From the IMG/VR virus record IMGVR_UViG_3300023213_000338: a stretch of DNA of 64,000 nucleotides. The stretch is one strand, 5' to 3'. Positions 9,442 to 17,670 of the stretch are shown piece by piece. A program made the position numbers and the translations under genes. The notes under the pieces were generated by a model. That model did no database searches. It was not told the origin of the DNA and saw only the letters and a list, made by a program, of their open reading frames with translations. The DNA comes from a virus. Lineage: Duplodnaviria; Heunggongvirae; Uroviricota; Caudoviricetes. The first letter of the stretch is position 1, and every line of letters starts with the position of its first letter.

Positions 9442-10143
9442 GTGGCCGCTTTTACTGTATCCGAATTAATGAGTCAAATTGGGAGTACTGTAAATCAAGA
9501 CCCAACCGCTCCTCTATCTGGATCGACAGATTACAATCTGTGGATTTCTTTTATGGAGCGTGCTCAACGCGAGTGGCAAGAAGCTCATGATTGGGAAGAT
9601 ACAAGGAAAGATTTTTTTCCTAACATCACTCAAGTAACCGCAGCCTCTCTTGTTGTACTCACAATTCCACTCCCAAGCGATTTTTATAGAGTTGCAGGTC
9701 CTCCTGTTAATTGGAGTTTAAATAATATTCAGGGAGTTCCTTGGCCTGAAGTTCTTCCTGATCAACGACAATTATATTCTGTTTACGATAAATATTTCTA
9801 TGTTCTTGGAAATATGCAAAATGGATTTAATATGATATGGAATCCTGGGTCATTATTATCGGGTGCTTCGGTACAGATTCCATACTTTTCCGTAGTTGCT
9901 TCATTAGCCTCTTCTGGGCAAGTACTCGTGATGAGAGATCCTAGCTTCGTAGTTGATAGAACAGTAGCCTATATTTTGGAGTCTAGGTATGATCCACGTT
10001 TCCAAGAGATAGAAGTTAAGGCTAGAGAACGTCTATTAAATATGGTGGCAAACCATGATGCCATAAAATATGCTTCCTATAGTAATAAGAACTATGTCTT
10101 AAATCAAACAAGATTAAGTGGGTTTCGGTGGGGGAGGGATTAG
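9442..10143 (+). CDS. hypothetical virion protein
   Basis: 233 aa with a GTG start preceded by aaaggagg. It lies in the structural module with no recognisable motif. Confidence 0.5.
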   Translation: MAAFTVSELMSQIGSTVNQDPTAPLSGSTDYNLWISFMERAQREWQEAHDWEDTRKDFFPNITQVTAASLVVLTIPLPSDFYRVAGPPVNWSLNNIQGVPWPEVLPDQRQLYSVYDKYFYVLGNMQNGFNMIWNPGSLLSGASVQIPYFSVVASLASSGQVLVMRDPSFVVDRTVAYILESRYDPRFQEIEVKARERLLNMVANHDAIKYASYSNKNYVLNQTRLSGFRWGRD

Positions 10144-10180
10144 TTTATATTGAAAATATTTTGTTTTATAAACAAAAGAT

Positions 10181-10954
10181 ATGCAGATAAAAAAAAATTG
10201 CGTAAGCTGTAATAGCGAATTTATAGTAAAATCATATAGAAAAAATATTGCTTTATACTGTTCAATAAGTTGTAGTAAAAAGGGAAAATCTGCGTGGAAT
10301 AAGGGGTTAAAGGGTTTTAGAAGTGGAATAAGAAAAATAAGAAATAAATCTTTTTGTCTAACATGCAATAAAGAAATTATACCTAATTATCCTTCGCTTA
10401 AAAATAAATTCTGCTCTATTAATTGTCATAATATGTTTATGAAAAAGCCTTTGAATGAAAAGGCTTACAATTGGAAACCGAAAAAAAAAATGATTTGTAG
10501 AGTATGTAGTAAAATTTTTTATATACAATCTTGTCATACGTCCAAAAGAAAATCTTGCTCGATGCAATGTGCTAGTAAATATCGAATTGGTAGTAGACAA
10601 AGTGCAGAAACTATTAAAAAAAGGCTTTCTCGACGAGAGATGTCTAAGTTGGAAATAAAAGTAAATACCATAATTAATAAATATCATCTTCCATATAGGT
10701 TTGTGGGAAATGGAAAATTCTTTCTCGAAAATATTAATCCAGATTTTGTTAATACTAATGGAGAAAAAAAAGCAATAGAAGTTTATTATCAAAAACATAA
10801 AAATCAATTTAGGCTAGGAGGATGTGAAGGGTGGAAAGAAAAAAGAGAGAAAATTTTTGAAAATTATGGGTGGAAAATAATTTTTATAGAAGGCAGTAAA
10901 ATAACAGAAAAAATTATTCTAGACAAATTAATAAGAGGTGAATATGTATGTTAG
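10181..10954 (+). CDS. homing-endonuclease-like protein (three CxxC...CSxxC zinc-finger modules + DUF559/Vsr-like nuclease domain)
   Basis: The module CVSCNSEF...CSISCSKKGK is repeated three times. The C-terminus YRFVGNGKFFLENINPDFVNTNGEKKAIEVYYQKHK...YGWKIIFIE is about 70% identical to the C-terminus of ORF 8184-9242. Confidence 0.55.
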   Translation: MQIKKNCVSCNSEFIVKSYRKNIALYCSISCSKKGKSAWNKGLKGFRSGIRKIRNKSFCLTCNKEIIPNYPSLKNKFCSINCHNMFMKKPLNEKAYNWKPKKKMICRVCSKIFYIQSCHTSKRKSCSMQCASKYRIGSRQSAETIKKRLSRREMSKLEIKVNTIINKYHLPYRFVGNGKFFLENINPDFVNTNGEKKAIEVYYQKHKNQFRLGGCEGWKEKREKIFENYGWKIIFIEGSKITEKIILDKLIRGEYVC

Positions 10955-12900
10955 GTCCACTTAAGCCAGCACCATGGCACACGCCTAAAGAGAATACTAT
11001 AGGTTGGAACACCTGGCGAGGCGGTCTCAATACTTTACTTCGGGAAACGGAGATTCAAGGTTCTGAACTTGTTCAGGCAACGAATCTTCTTCTTGTTGGA
11101 TCGGGCGTTCCAACAAAAAGATGGGGATCTGCAAACTATTTCCTTTCTGGAGCGACTGGCTATGGACGTTTCGTATTCCCAATAAAAGATGCAAATGACA
11201 ATATTCAAGTTCTTGCTTTAACAGATTGGGGATATTTAGTTAAGCAGAACAATGCTTCCTACACTCAAATTACAGGAGGTTCTTTTCCATCTGGCTATAA
11301 TGTGGAAGCAGCTGAATTAAATGCTAATGTTTATATTGTGAACCAGCAACAAGCTTGGTATAGATATAATTTTTCCGCTCTTGTTAATTTTCCAACTCTT
11401 GCCATCCCAACAGGTTTAACCCAAACTATGCTTTCAACTGCAACAGGACTTAATAATATTTCATGGAGAGTAACAGCCTTAGCACAATCAGGAGGAGAAA
11501 CAACTGCTTCTACAAATGTTTTAGCGAGTGGTCTTCCAGCCGACTTAACAAAAACATTAATACGCATAAATTGGACGGCAGTTTCTGCGACTTCTGGTGC
11601 TTTAGCTGGTTATAATATTTATCGTGGACCAGCAGGAGGAGAAGTTTGGGTAGGAGGTGTCAATAATAATACGCAAACATTTGACGATTATGGTTTTCCT
11701 TCCACTCAACTTTTTAGAACAACTCCTCCGACAGATACCAGTGGTGGACCTCAAGCAAAATATATTATTCGTTTTCAGGATAGATTGATTTTGGCAGGTT
11801 TTTCTGGAGATCCAACAAAAGTTCTTATTTCGGCAAGATATCCAAACCACGAGCGATTTGATTGGTTTGTTCAGGGAGGATCAATAAAGATTGAACCAGA
11901 TTCTGGAGAAGATATTACAGGAATAAGCGTTTATTACAGATCAGCTACAAGTACACAAACCATAGTTGTTTTTAAAGAAAAATCCGTTTGGGAGCTATCG
12001 CTTGATACGATTGCTTTTGGCCCATATATTCTTCTTAATCCTACTTATCGTTTATTAACTTTATCTCAAGGATGTGGATCTCACAGATCTATCCAATCGG
12101 TTGAGAACGATTTAATGTTTGTTAACCAAAGAGGAATGTATATTCTTCGCTACGAACCTCAATTATTAAATGTTATTAACGCAAATGAATTATCTGCAAA
12201 AATACGTCCTTTCTTTTTAGGATTAAGCAATACTGATATCACATCAGCAGCTGCAATCTATGCTGATAAAAAATATGTGGTTTCCTTTCCTAGTAGTAAA
12301 CAATCGATTATGTATGACAGAGAGCGTTTATGTTTTATGGGTCCTTGGACAACTCCTTTTGGGATTAACCATTGGGCAAAGTTTGTAGATGCTTCAGGAA
12401 TAGAAAGGTGGTTAACTTCTGATTCTACAGATAATTATGTCTCGGAATTTAGAACAAGCTATGTAGATGATAAAGGGACAGCAATGCGTACAACATTTAG
12501 AAGTAGAAAAGAAGATTTTGGTGTTTGGGAGGTTTTTAAAACGATTAATGAATTATATATGAATTTTAGAAACGTTCAAGGATCGGTAAATGTTAATGTT
12601 TATCTTGAGCAAAGAAGCGGAGCTACGATTCTTACCAAAGCCTTTACAATTACATCTGCGAGTGGAAAAAGTGGTTTCGGGACGGATGAATTTGGATTGG
12701 TTGAATTTGGATTATCTGGAACTAACCCAGCTGTAACTTCAACAGAGCTTCCTAAAAAATCATTTTTATATAAAGTTGCAAGAACGATGCAGATTGAGAT
12801 AATTACTACAGGGAATGTTGATAACTACGAGCTACTTGCGATCCGTGGCGTGGCAATAAATCAGAGTAGAGGAAATTCCCCATCGAGTTGGATAGTCTAA
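10948..12900 (+). CDS. large virion protein with an FN3-like domain (tail/baseplate or head-decoration candidate)
   Basis: 650 aa. LIRINWTAVSATSGALAGYNIYRGPAGGEVWVGGVNNNTQTFDDYGF fits a fibronectin type III signature (W..V.....Y.IYR.....G......TF.D.G). Its start overlaps the previous gene by 7 nt. Confidence 0.5.
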   Translation: MLGPLKPAPWHTPKENTIGWNTWRGGLNTLLRETEIQGSELVQATNLLLVGSGVPTKRWGSANYFLSGATGYGRFVFPIKDANDNIQVLALTDWGYLVKQNNASYTQITGGSFPSGYNVEAAELNANVYIVNQQQAWYRYNFSALVNFPTLAIPTGLTQTMLSTATGLNNISWRVTALAQSGGETTASTNVLASGLPADLTKTLIRINWTAVSATSGALAGYNIYRGPAGGEVWVGGVNNNTQTFDDYGFPSTQLFRTTPPTDTSGGPQAKYIIRFQDRLILAGFSGDPTKVLISARYPNHERFDWFVQGGSIKIEPDSGEDITGISVYYRSATSTQTIVVFKEKSVWELSLDTIAFGPYILLNPTYRLLTLSQGCGSHRSIQSVENDLMFVNQRGMYILRYEPQLLNVINANELSAKIRPFFLGLSNTDITSAAAIYADKKYVVSFPSSKQSIMYDRERLCFMGPWTTPFGINHWAKFVDASGIERWLTSDSTDNYVSEFRTSYVDDKGTAMRTTFRSRKEDFGVWEVFKTINELYMNFRNVQGSVNVNVYLEQRSGATILTKAFTITSASGKSGFGTDEFGLVEFGLSGTNPAVTSTELPKKSFLYKVARTMQIEIITTGNVDNYELLAIRGVAINQSRGNSPSSWIV

Positions 12901-12954
12901 TATAGACAATCTGAAATATAGATTTAGAACATTTTTTATATCCTAGTCCTATTC

Positions 12955-12983
12955 TTGACAAGCTTCTCCCTTTATGTTTTAAT
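12955..12983 (+). promoter_or_regulatory. sigma70-type promoter TTGACA-N17-TTTAAT
   Basis: TTGACA at 12955-12960, a 17-nt spacer, then TTTAAT at 12978-12983. The leader box aaCATAAGCGAGaAACGCTgTg lies at 12995-13016. Confidence 0.5.
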
Positions 12984-13021
12984 CGAAGCAACTTAACATA
13001 AGCGAGAAACGCTGTGTTTTA

Positions 13022-13052
13022 GACCAATTATTAATTTAATTGGTCTTTTTTT
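13022..13052 (+). terminator. leader hairpin with U7 tract
   Basis: The 9-bp stem gaccaatta/taattggtc has a ttaatt loop and is followed by TTTTTTT. The stem sequence is nearly the same as the hairpin at 2467. Confidence 0.55.
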
Positions 13053-13059
13053 ATAGAAT

Positions 13060-13938
13060 ATGGCATCAACATGGTGGAAAGCTAATACATCAAACGCCTA
13101 CAACTCTACATTGAATGGTTCTATCGGATCGGCCGATACCACAATTACCCTCAACTCTGTTGCGGGGCTTCAATCTCCTGGGGTTTTGGTTATTGACCGT
13201 ACCGATGGAAGCGGAAATGCCACCCCCACTCTTCGTGAATATATAAGCTTCACAGGTATCAGCAGTAATCAGCTTACAGGAGTTACAAGAGGAGTTGCAG
13301 GTTCAACAGCTCAAGCACATAATTCTGGGGCTCAAGTTGAAGAAAATATGTCAGTTACTCATTGGAATGACATGATTACTCTTGTTACTAATGAGCACGA
13401 TGTAGCTGGGCATCATGTTATTGCAACGGCTACCATCAATTATACTGAAACCAAACAATTAGTAACAACCTCTCTTGCCTCTATTCAACAACTTGTAATT
13501 GCCCAAATGCTTTCTGCATCAGGAGCATCTATCTATGGAAATATTACTGATTTATCTCAACTCCAAGTTTTATCGAATAAGATGCTTAGTTCTCCTACGC
13601 TTGTTACTCCTACAATGCGTCTTCCTATTGTAATTGATGAATACAATAATGGAACATTTAGTGCAAATGCAACAGTTAGCTGGCTTAATGGAGATAGACA
13701 AAAAGGATTATTAAATACAAATTCAACTTTTTATTTTGCTAGTATGGCATCAGGACAGGTATTGACTTTATGGATGTATCAAGATGGTACTGGAGGACGT
13801 AGCATTACCCTTCCTACCATGAGATGGCCGAGTGCATTGCCTCCTACTTTTGGTTCTTCTGCTTCCCAAGTTAATGCAATTATAGTTAAGTATGATGGAC
13901 AGACTTTTTTTGGTCAATCAGCAGTATCTTTTGGTTAA
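13060..13938 (+). CDS. hypothetical virion protein
   Basis: 292-aa ORF, S/T/N-rich, in the structural module. Confidence 0.5.
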   Translation: MASTWWKANTSNAYNSTLNGSIGSADTTITLNSVAGLQSPGVLVIDRTDGSGNATPTLREYISFTGISSNQLTGVTRGVAGSTAQAHNSGAQVEENMSVTHWNDMITLVTNEHDVAGHHVIATATINYTETKQLVTTSLASIQQLVIAQMLSASGASIYGNITDLSQLQVLSNKMLSSPTLVTPTMRLPIVIDEYNNGTFSANATVSWLNGDRQKGLLNTNSTFYFASMASGQVLTLWMYQDGTGGRSITLPTMRWPSALPPTFGSSASQVNAIIVKYDGQTFFGQSAVSFG

Positions 13939-13944
13939 TTTAAT

Positions 13945-14592
13945 ATGGCACTTGCATACGACAATTCAACAGATATGGGGTCTCCAGTCTCGGCTAGCTC
14001 TTATACTTTTTCCCATACTATAAATGGAGTTTCAAATCTAATTCTATTAGTAGGCGTACAAGTTGAGTCTGGAAGCGATTCGGTTACAGGAATCACATAT
14101 AATGGGGTTTCCATGACAAGAGCAAAGCTACAAGTAAGTGTCAATTCTGATGAAACTCTTTATCTTTATTATCTGATTGCTCCTGCAACTGGAGCTAATA
14201 ATGTAGTTATTTCTCTTAGCTCATCAATACTCGCAAAAGCAGTTGCAGCCTCTTATACAGGAGCGAAACAATCAGGTCAGCCAGACTCCTCAAGTGGGGC
14301 TACTAATGCTTCGGCTAATACTTTAACTCTTACCACAACAGTTGTTGCTGCTAACTGTTGGCTTGTTGGTTATGGGGGGTTTGCAGCAGGAGGTACGATT
14401 AGTGCAGGTGCAGGAACTACTTTAAGAGCAAGCAATGGACCTAAAGGCTGGTTTGATAGTAATGCAAGCGTAGGAGTAGGTTCTCAAAGTCTTATTTATA
14501 ATGAAAGCCAAACTAATGAAATTACAGGAGTTATAGCATCTATTCCTCCAGCATCTCCATCTGGAGGAGGATTATTTTTTGAACAATTTTGA
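13945..14592 (+). CDS. hypothetical virion protein (S/T/A/G-rich)
   Basis: 215-aa ORF, 6 nt after the previous stop, preceded by ttaatATG. Confidence 0.5.
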   Translation: MALAYDNSTDMGSPVSASSYTFSHTINGVSNLILLVGVQVESGSDSVTGITYNGVSMTRAKLQVSVNSDETLYLYYLIAPATGANNVVISLSSSILAKAVAASYTGAKQSGQPDSSSGATNASANTLTLTTTVVAANCWLVGYGGFAAGGTISAGAGTTLRASNGPKGWFDSNASVGVGSQSLIYNESQTNEITGVIASIPPASPSGGGLFFEQF

Positions 14593-14605
14593 GAGGAGGT
14601 GAATT

Positions 14606-15055
14606 ATGAATCCAACAGGACAAGGAGGAAATCCATATCTACAAGTACTTTCTCAAATGCAAGGGAATCAAGGAGGTTTTGCAGGAAGTCCAGTCGGAGC
14701 GACTGGCAATGGGGGTGGAATGCCAACAAGTGCAAGTAAGCCGAACGTCGGAGTTGCTGTTCCAGGAGGAATACCTCCTCCAACAGGTGGACAGCTAGGA
14801 GGAACGCCAGGAATGGCAGGCGGACAAGGGACAACTAAAATTCTTATTTCTGCTTTACAAGCATTGCAGCAATTCACTCAAGTTGCAGGAGATCCGCAAG
14901 AACAAGCGATTGTTAGGAGTATAATTACGCTTTTGTCTGGCTTAATCCAAAGGGATATGTCCAGAGCAGATCAAGGAGGAACACAACAACCAGGAGGAAC
15001 AACAACTCCCCAAGGAGCAGGAACGGGAATGGGAGGAGGCTTGCCTCTTCGATAA
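14606..15055 (+). CDS. Gly/Pro/Gln-rich low-complexity protein
   Basis: 149-aa ORF preceded by gagaggaggtgaattATG. Its composition is compositionally biased. Confidence 0.5.
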   Translation: MNPTGQGGNPYLQVLSQMQGNQGGFAGSPVGATGNGGGMPTSASKPNVGVAVPGGIPPPTGGQLGGTPGMAGGQGTTKILISALQALQQFTQVAGDPQEQAIVRSIITLLSGLIQRDMSRADQGGTQQPGGTTTPQGAGTGMGGGLPLR

Positions 15056-15060
15056 AAGGC

Positions 15061-15090
15061 TTGACAAAGAGAAAGCTCTTGTGATATTAA
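15061..15090 (+). promoter_or_regulatory. sigma70-type promoter TTGACA-N18-TATTAA
   Basis: TTGACA at 15061-15066, an 18-nt spacer, then TATTAA at 15085-15090. Confidence 0.45.
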
Positions 15091-15132
15091 TTAGTCAATT
15101 ATAGTTAAAATAATCCAGCACGGATATTTTAG

Positions 15133-15163
15133 ACGACCAAAGTGTAAACTAGGTCGTTTTTTT
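15133..15163 (+). terminator. leader hairpin with U7 tract upstream of the micro-ORF array
   Basis: The stem acgacc/ggtcgt has a 13-nt loop and is followed by TTTTTTT. Confidence 0.4.
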
Positions 15164-15179
15164 ATGTAGAGAAACATTT

Positions 15180-15302
15180 ATGCCTAGAGTAAAAGTTGGA
15201 AATAAGATTAAAAAATTCCCTTACACTCCAGCAGGGAAGAAAAAGGCGAGATCTTACGCCAAAAAAACTGGAGGGAAGATAACGGATAAAGGATCATATT
15301 AA
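15180..15302 (+). CDS. lysine-rich micropeptide 1 (40 aa: MPRVKVGNKIKKFPYTPAGKKKARSYAKKTGGKITDKGSY)
   Basis: ATG to TAA, first of 8 tandem small basic ORFs that are absent from the >=60-aa ORF track. Confidence 0.4.
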   Translation: MPRVKVGNKIKKFPYTPAGKKKARSYAKKTGGKITDKGSY

Positions 15303-15372
15303 GATGGAACTTATTTGGCCAGAGTCATCAGTAATAGTTTGTGGGGATGATGGAGAGGAGGACGAAATATAA

Positions 15373-15552
15373 ATGAAACCTAAAGGAGCAAAAGGCAGAG
15401 CAATGGTTGCTAAACTCGGTAGGACAAAGAAAACAGGAGGTTTTGCAAAGATTGCAGCAAAAGCAGGTAAAAAATATGGTTCTTCTCAGGCAGGGAAAAA
15501 GGTTGCAGGAGCAATTTTCTGGAAAATGGCAAAGGCAAGAGGAGGAAAATGA
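15373..15552 (+). CDS. lysine-rich micropeptide 2 (59 aa: MKPKGAKGRAMVAKLGRTKKTGGFAKIAAKAGKKYGSSQAGKKVAGAIFWKMAKARGGK)
   Basis: A GGAGAGGAGG RBS precedes the ATG. The stop overlaps the next start as ATGA. Confidence 0.5.
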   Translation: MKPKGAKGRAMVAKLGRTKKTGGFAKIAAKAGKKYGSSQAGKKVAGAIFWKMAKARGGK

Positions 15553-15665
15553 AGAAAGTTTCTAAACTTAAAAAGCGTAAGGCAAATCCTTATAAAAAAA
15601 CAGCAAAAGGATCTCCTTATGGAGCGTCAGCAAATACAGTAAGTGACAAGACACAGTATGGGTAA
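15549..15665 (+). CDS. lysine-rich micropeptide 3 (38 aa: MKKVSKLKKRKANPYKKTAKGSPYGASANTVSDKTQYG)
   Basis: ATG overlaps the previous stop. The ORF overlaps the next start. Confidence 0.45.
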   Translation: MKKVSKLKKRKANPYKKTAKGSPYGASANTVSDKTQYG

Positions 15666-15783
15666 AAGAAAGAAAGCGAAAAAAAAGAGTAGAATGTTTA
15701 AAAGGAAAGGAACTCCGATAACATTCCGAATGCCAGGAAGAGTCGCTACAGAACCAAATACGCCAACTGATATTCAATATTAA
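15658..15783 (+). CDS. lysine-rich micropeptide 4 (41 aa: MGKRKKAKKKSRMFKRKGTPITFRMPGRVATEPNTPTDIQY)
   Basis: ATG at 15658, TAA at 15781-15783. Confidence 0.45.
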   Translation: MGKRKKAKKKSRMFKRKGTPITFRMPGRVATEPNTPTDIQY

Positions 15784-15784
15784 C

Positions 15785-15907
15785 ATGAAGATTAAAGGAA
15801 AAAAGACAAAGAAAGCTAAGAAACAGGTTGTAAATATCGGTAAGTCACGGGGATTAAAGGGCTTACCGACTTGGAATGTTAACTCGGGATATTCCAGTAA
15901 GGTCTAG
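15785..15907 (+). CDS. lysine-rich micropeptide 5 (40 aa: MKIKGKKTKKAKKQVVNIGKSRGLKGLPTWNVNSGYSSKV)
   Basis: ATG 1 nt after the previous stop, ending in TAG. Confidence 0.45.
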   Translation: MKIKGKKTKKAKKQVVNIGKSRGLKGLPTWNVNSGYSSKV

Positions 15908-15909
15908 AT

Positions 15910-16035
15910 ATGGGTAAAAATAAATTAGCAAAAAAGAAAATGAAGCTTCAAGCAAAATTGAAGAAAAAATCAATTAAGCGTTCTCATAAACCTAAAGATG
16001 GAGTGTTTGGAGACGTAACTAATAGGACGTATTAA
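15910..16035 (+). CDS. lysine-rich micropeptide 6 (41 aa: MGKNKLAKKKMKLQAKLKKKSIKRSHKPKDGVFGDVTNRTY)
   Basis: ATG 2 nt after the previous stop, ending in TAA. Confidence 0.45.
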   Translation: MGKNKLAKKKMKLQAKLKKKSIKRSHKPKDGVFGDVTNRTY

Positions 16036-16036
16036 T

Positions 16037-16168
16037 ATGGCAAATAAGAATAGGCAGGGAAAAGAAAAGAAAAAGAAGTCTCAGAAAGCAAAGATGAAAC
16101 AAGTTTATAGGGGTTATGCAGGGAATCGGTTGCCAATAGTGAGAAATGAGGGAGGGAATGCAGTTTAA
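16037..16168 (+). CDS. lysine-rich micropeptide 7 (43 aa: MANKNRQGKEKKKKSQKAKMKQVYRGYAGNRLPIVRNEGGNAV)
   Basis: ATG 1 nt after the previous stop, ending in TAA. Confidence 0.45.
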   Translation: MANKNRQGKEKKKKSQKAKMKQVYRGYAGNRLPIVRNEGGNAV

Positions 16169-16170
16169 CT

Positions 16171-16305
16171 ATGAAATCTAAATCAAAAACAAAAAGCAGA
16201 AAATTGATTAATCCTAAAAAGATTAGTAACAATACCAAGCGAATGGGACAAATGCTACAAAAGGCTAGATCACAAGGAAGCATGTATCACGGAACAGGAG
16301 CATAA
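16171..16305 (+). CDS. lysine-rich micropeptide 8 (44 aa: MKSKSKTKSRKLINPKKISNNTKRMGQMLQKARSQGSMYHGTGA)
   Basis: ATG 2 nt after the previous stop. TAA at 16303-16305, 3 nt before the next gene. Confidence 0.45.
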   Translation: MKSKSKTKSRKLINPKKISNNTKRMGQMLQKARSQGSMYHGTGA

Positions 16306-16308
16306 AAT

Positions 16309-17661
16309 ATGGGACCAACAGGAGGAGGAGCAATTCCTTTACCAGGGTTAAATTTAGGATCAAATCAACCAACAGCAAGCGGATCTTTTGCTGTTCCTAC
16401 CACTCAACCGATTACTGGACAACAATTACTTAACAATGTAGCTAACGGAACTGCAAACGCTTTGCCTCAAGGCTTATGGCAAGGAACTCCTATTCGTAAT
16501 TTTCTTGGAGTAACTCCAGCTTATGCAGCTGGACCAGATGTATTAGGAGCAAATACTACTAATCAACCAAGTGCTATTGGAGCAGCTTTACAACAAGCTG
16601 GAAGACAAACAAATAATACTACTCCTGCTGGGCCTTCTGATTCAGAGCTTCAGCAACTTCAAAAAGTTGCAGCAAGTGGAGGATTAAATCCATCTCAACA
16701 AACTCAATATAATCAACTAATGGCTCAACAGCAACAAAGTCCAAGTGCCTCCGATCTACAAAATCAAGCTAATGCAGTTTATCAACCCCAACTTGATTAT
16801 CTCAATAATCTTGCTAATAATATTTTGCCACAAGGACGAAATCAAACAATTGCAAATCTTACTGGTGCTTATAATTCCCAAATTGGGCTATTGCCTGGAT
16901 TACAACAAAGTCTTATTAATCCAATTCAGCAAAACCAAAATCTTTTTGGTCAACAACAACAAAGTGCACTTTCTCAGGCAGCACAACAATATCAAGCATG
17001 GCAAAATCAAATTGCAGGACTTGGGGGAGGAACTTCAGCGGGTCCAGCAGCTCAAGAGCTTGCATACGAACAATTTTTAAGAGGACAACAAGATATCGCA
17101 AATCAAAATGCAAATGCACAATTAACCTTTGGAGGTCAACAAAATCAAGTTAATCTTTTTGTGCAACAGAAGCATGCGGATTTAGATAATTGGCTAAATG
17201 AAGCAAAAACAACAGTTCAAAATAATTTTCTCAACCAATTAGCTCAAGTTCAACAGCAACAAGGATTAACAGAGCAGGCTAGACAACAAGCTAATTTAGA
17301 TATTCTTGCAAATGTTAGAAATCAAAATGCATCAATTGAACTTGCAGATCGTAAATTTAGACAGGACTTGGAACTTTTTAGCACTCTAGCTAATCCAAAT
17401 TCAGTAGGAGGACAATTTAATCAAACAGGACAAATGGCAGCAGGGAATGCCTTAATTAATAATATGCAAAATCCACTTCCACAATACAACTTAACACCAA
17501 CTCCGCAAACAGCCCCAAACATGCCTAACTTTAGTTTCATAGGAAATTTTGGAGCTAATCCAAGAGAGCAAACACAACCAGCAAGCATCTTTGGTAATCT
17601 TCCTAATGTGACTTCTGGAGCTTTTGGAGTACAAGGTGGAGGACAAGGAGCAAACGCTTAA
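16309..17661 (+). CDS. Gln/Asn-rich virion protein (hypothetical)
   Basis: 450 aa, strongly Q/N/A-rich (QQQQSPSASDLQNQANAVYQPQ...). It is co-directional and tightly spaced with the giant protein gene. Confidence 0.55.
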   Translation: MGPTGGGAIPLPGLNLGSNQPTASGSFAVPTTQPITGQQLLNNVANGTANALPQGLWQGTPIRNFLGVTPAYAAGPDVLGANTTNQPSAIGAALQQAGRQTNNTTPAGPSDSELQQLQKVAASGGLNPSQQTQYNQLMAQQQQSPSASDLQNQANAVYQPQLDYLNNLANNILPQGRNQTIANLTGAYNSQIGLLPGLQQSLINPIQQNQNLFGQQQQSALSQAAQQYQAWQNQIAGLGGGTSAGPAAQELAYEQFLRGQQDIANQNANAQLTFGGQQNQVNLFVQQKHADLDNWLNEAKTTVQNNFLNQLAQVQQQQGLTEQARQQANLDILANVRNQNASIELADRKFRQDLELFSTLANPNSVGGQFNQTGQMAAGNALINNMQNPLPQYNLTPTPQTAPNMPNFSFIGNFGANPREQTQPASIFGNLPNVTSGAFGVQGGGQGANA

Positions 17662-17670
17662 TGCATATGT

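Noticed and set aside
10948-12900. Portal protein assignment for the 650-aa ORF.
   Set aside because: The only recognisable feature is an FN3-like segment, which is typical of tail or decoration proteins. No portal-specific motif could be identified, so it is left as a generic virion protein.
16745-17119. ORFs 16745-17080 (+, alternate frame) and 16916-17119 (minus) inside the Q-rich gene.
   Set aside because: They overlap a 450-aa ORF in other frames and lack RBS or start context. The CAA/CAG-rich sequence keeps alternate frames open.
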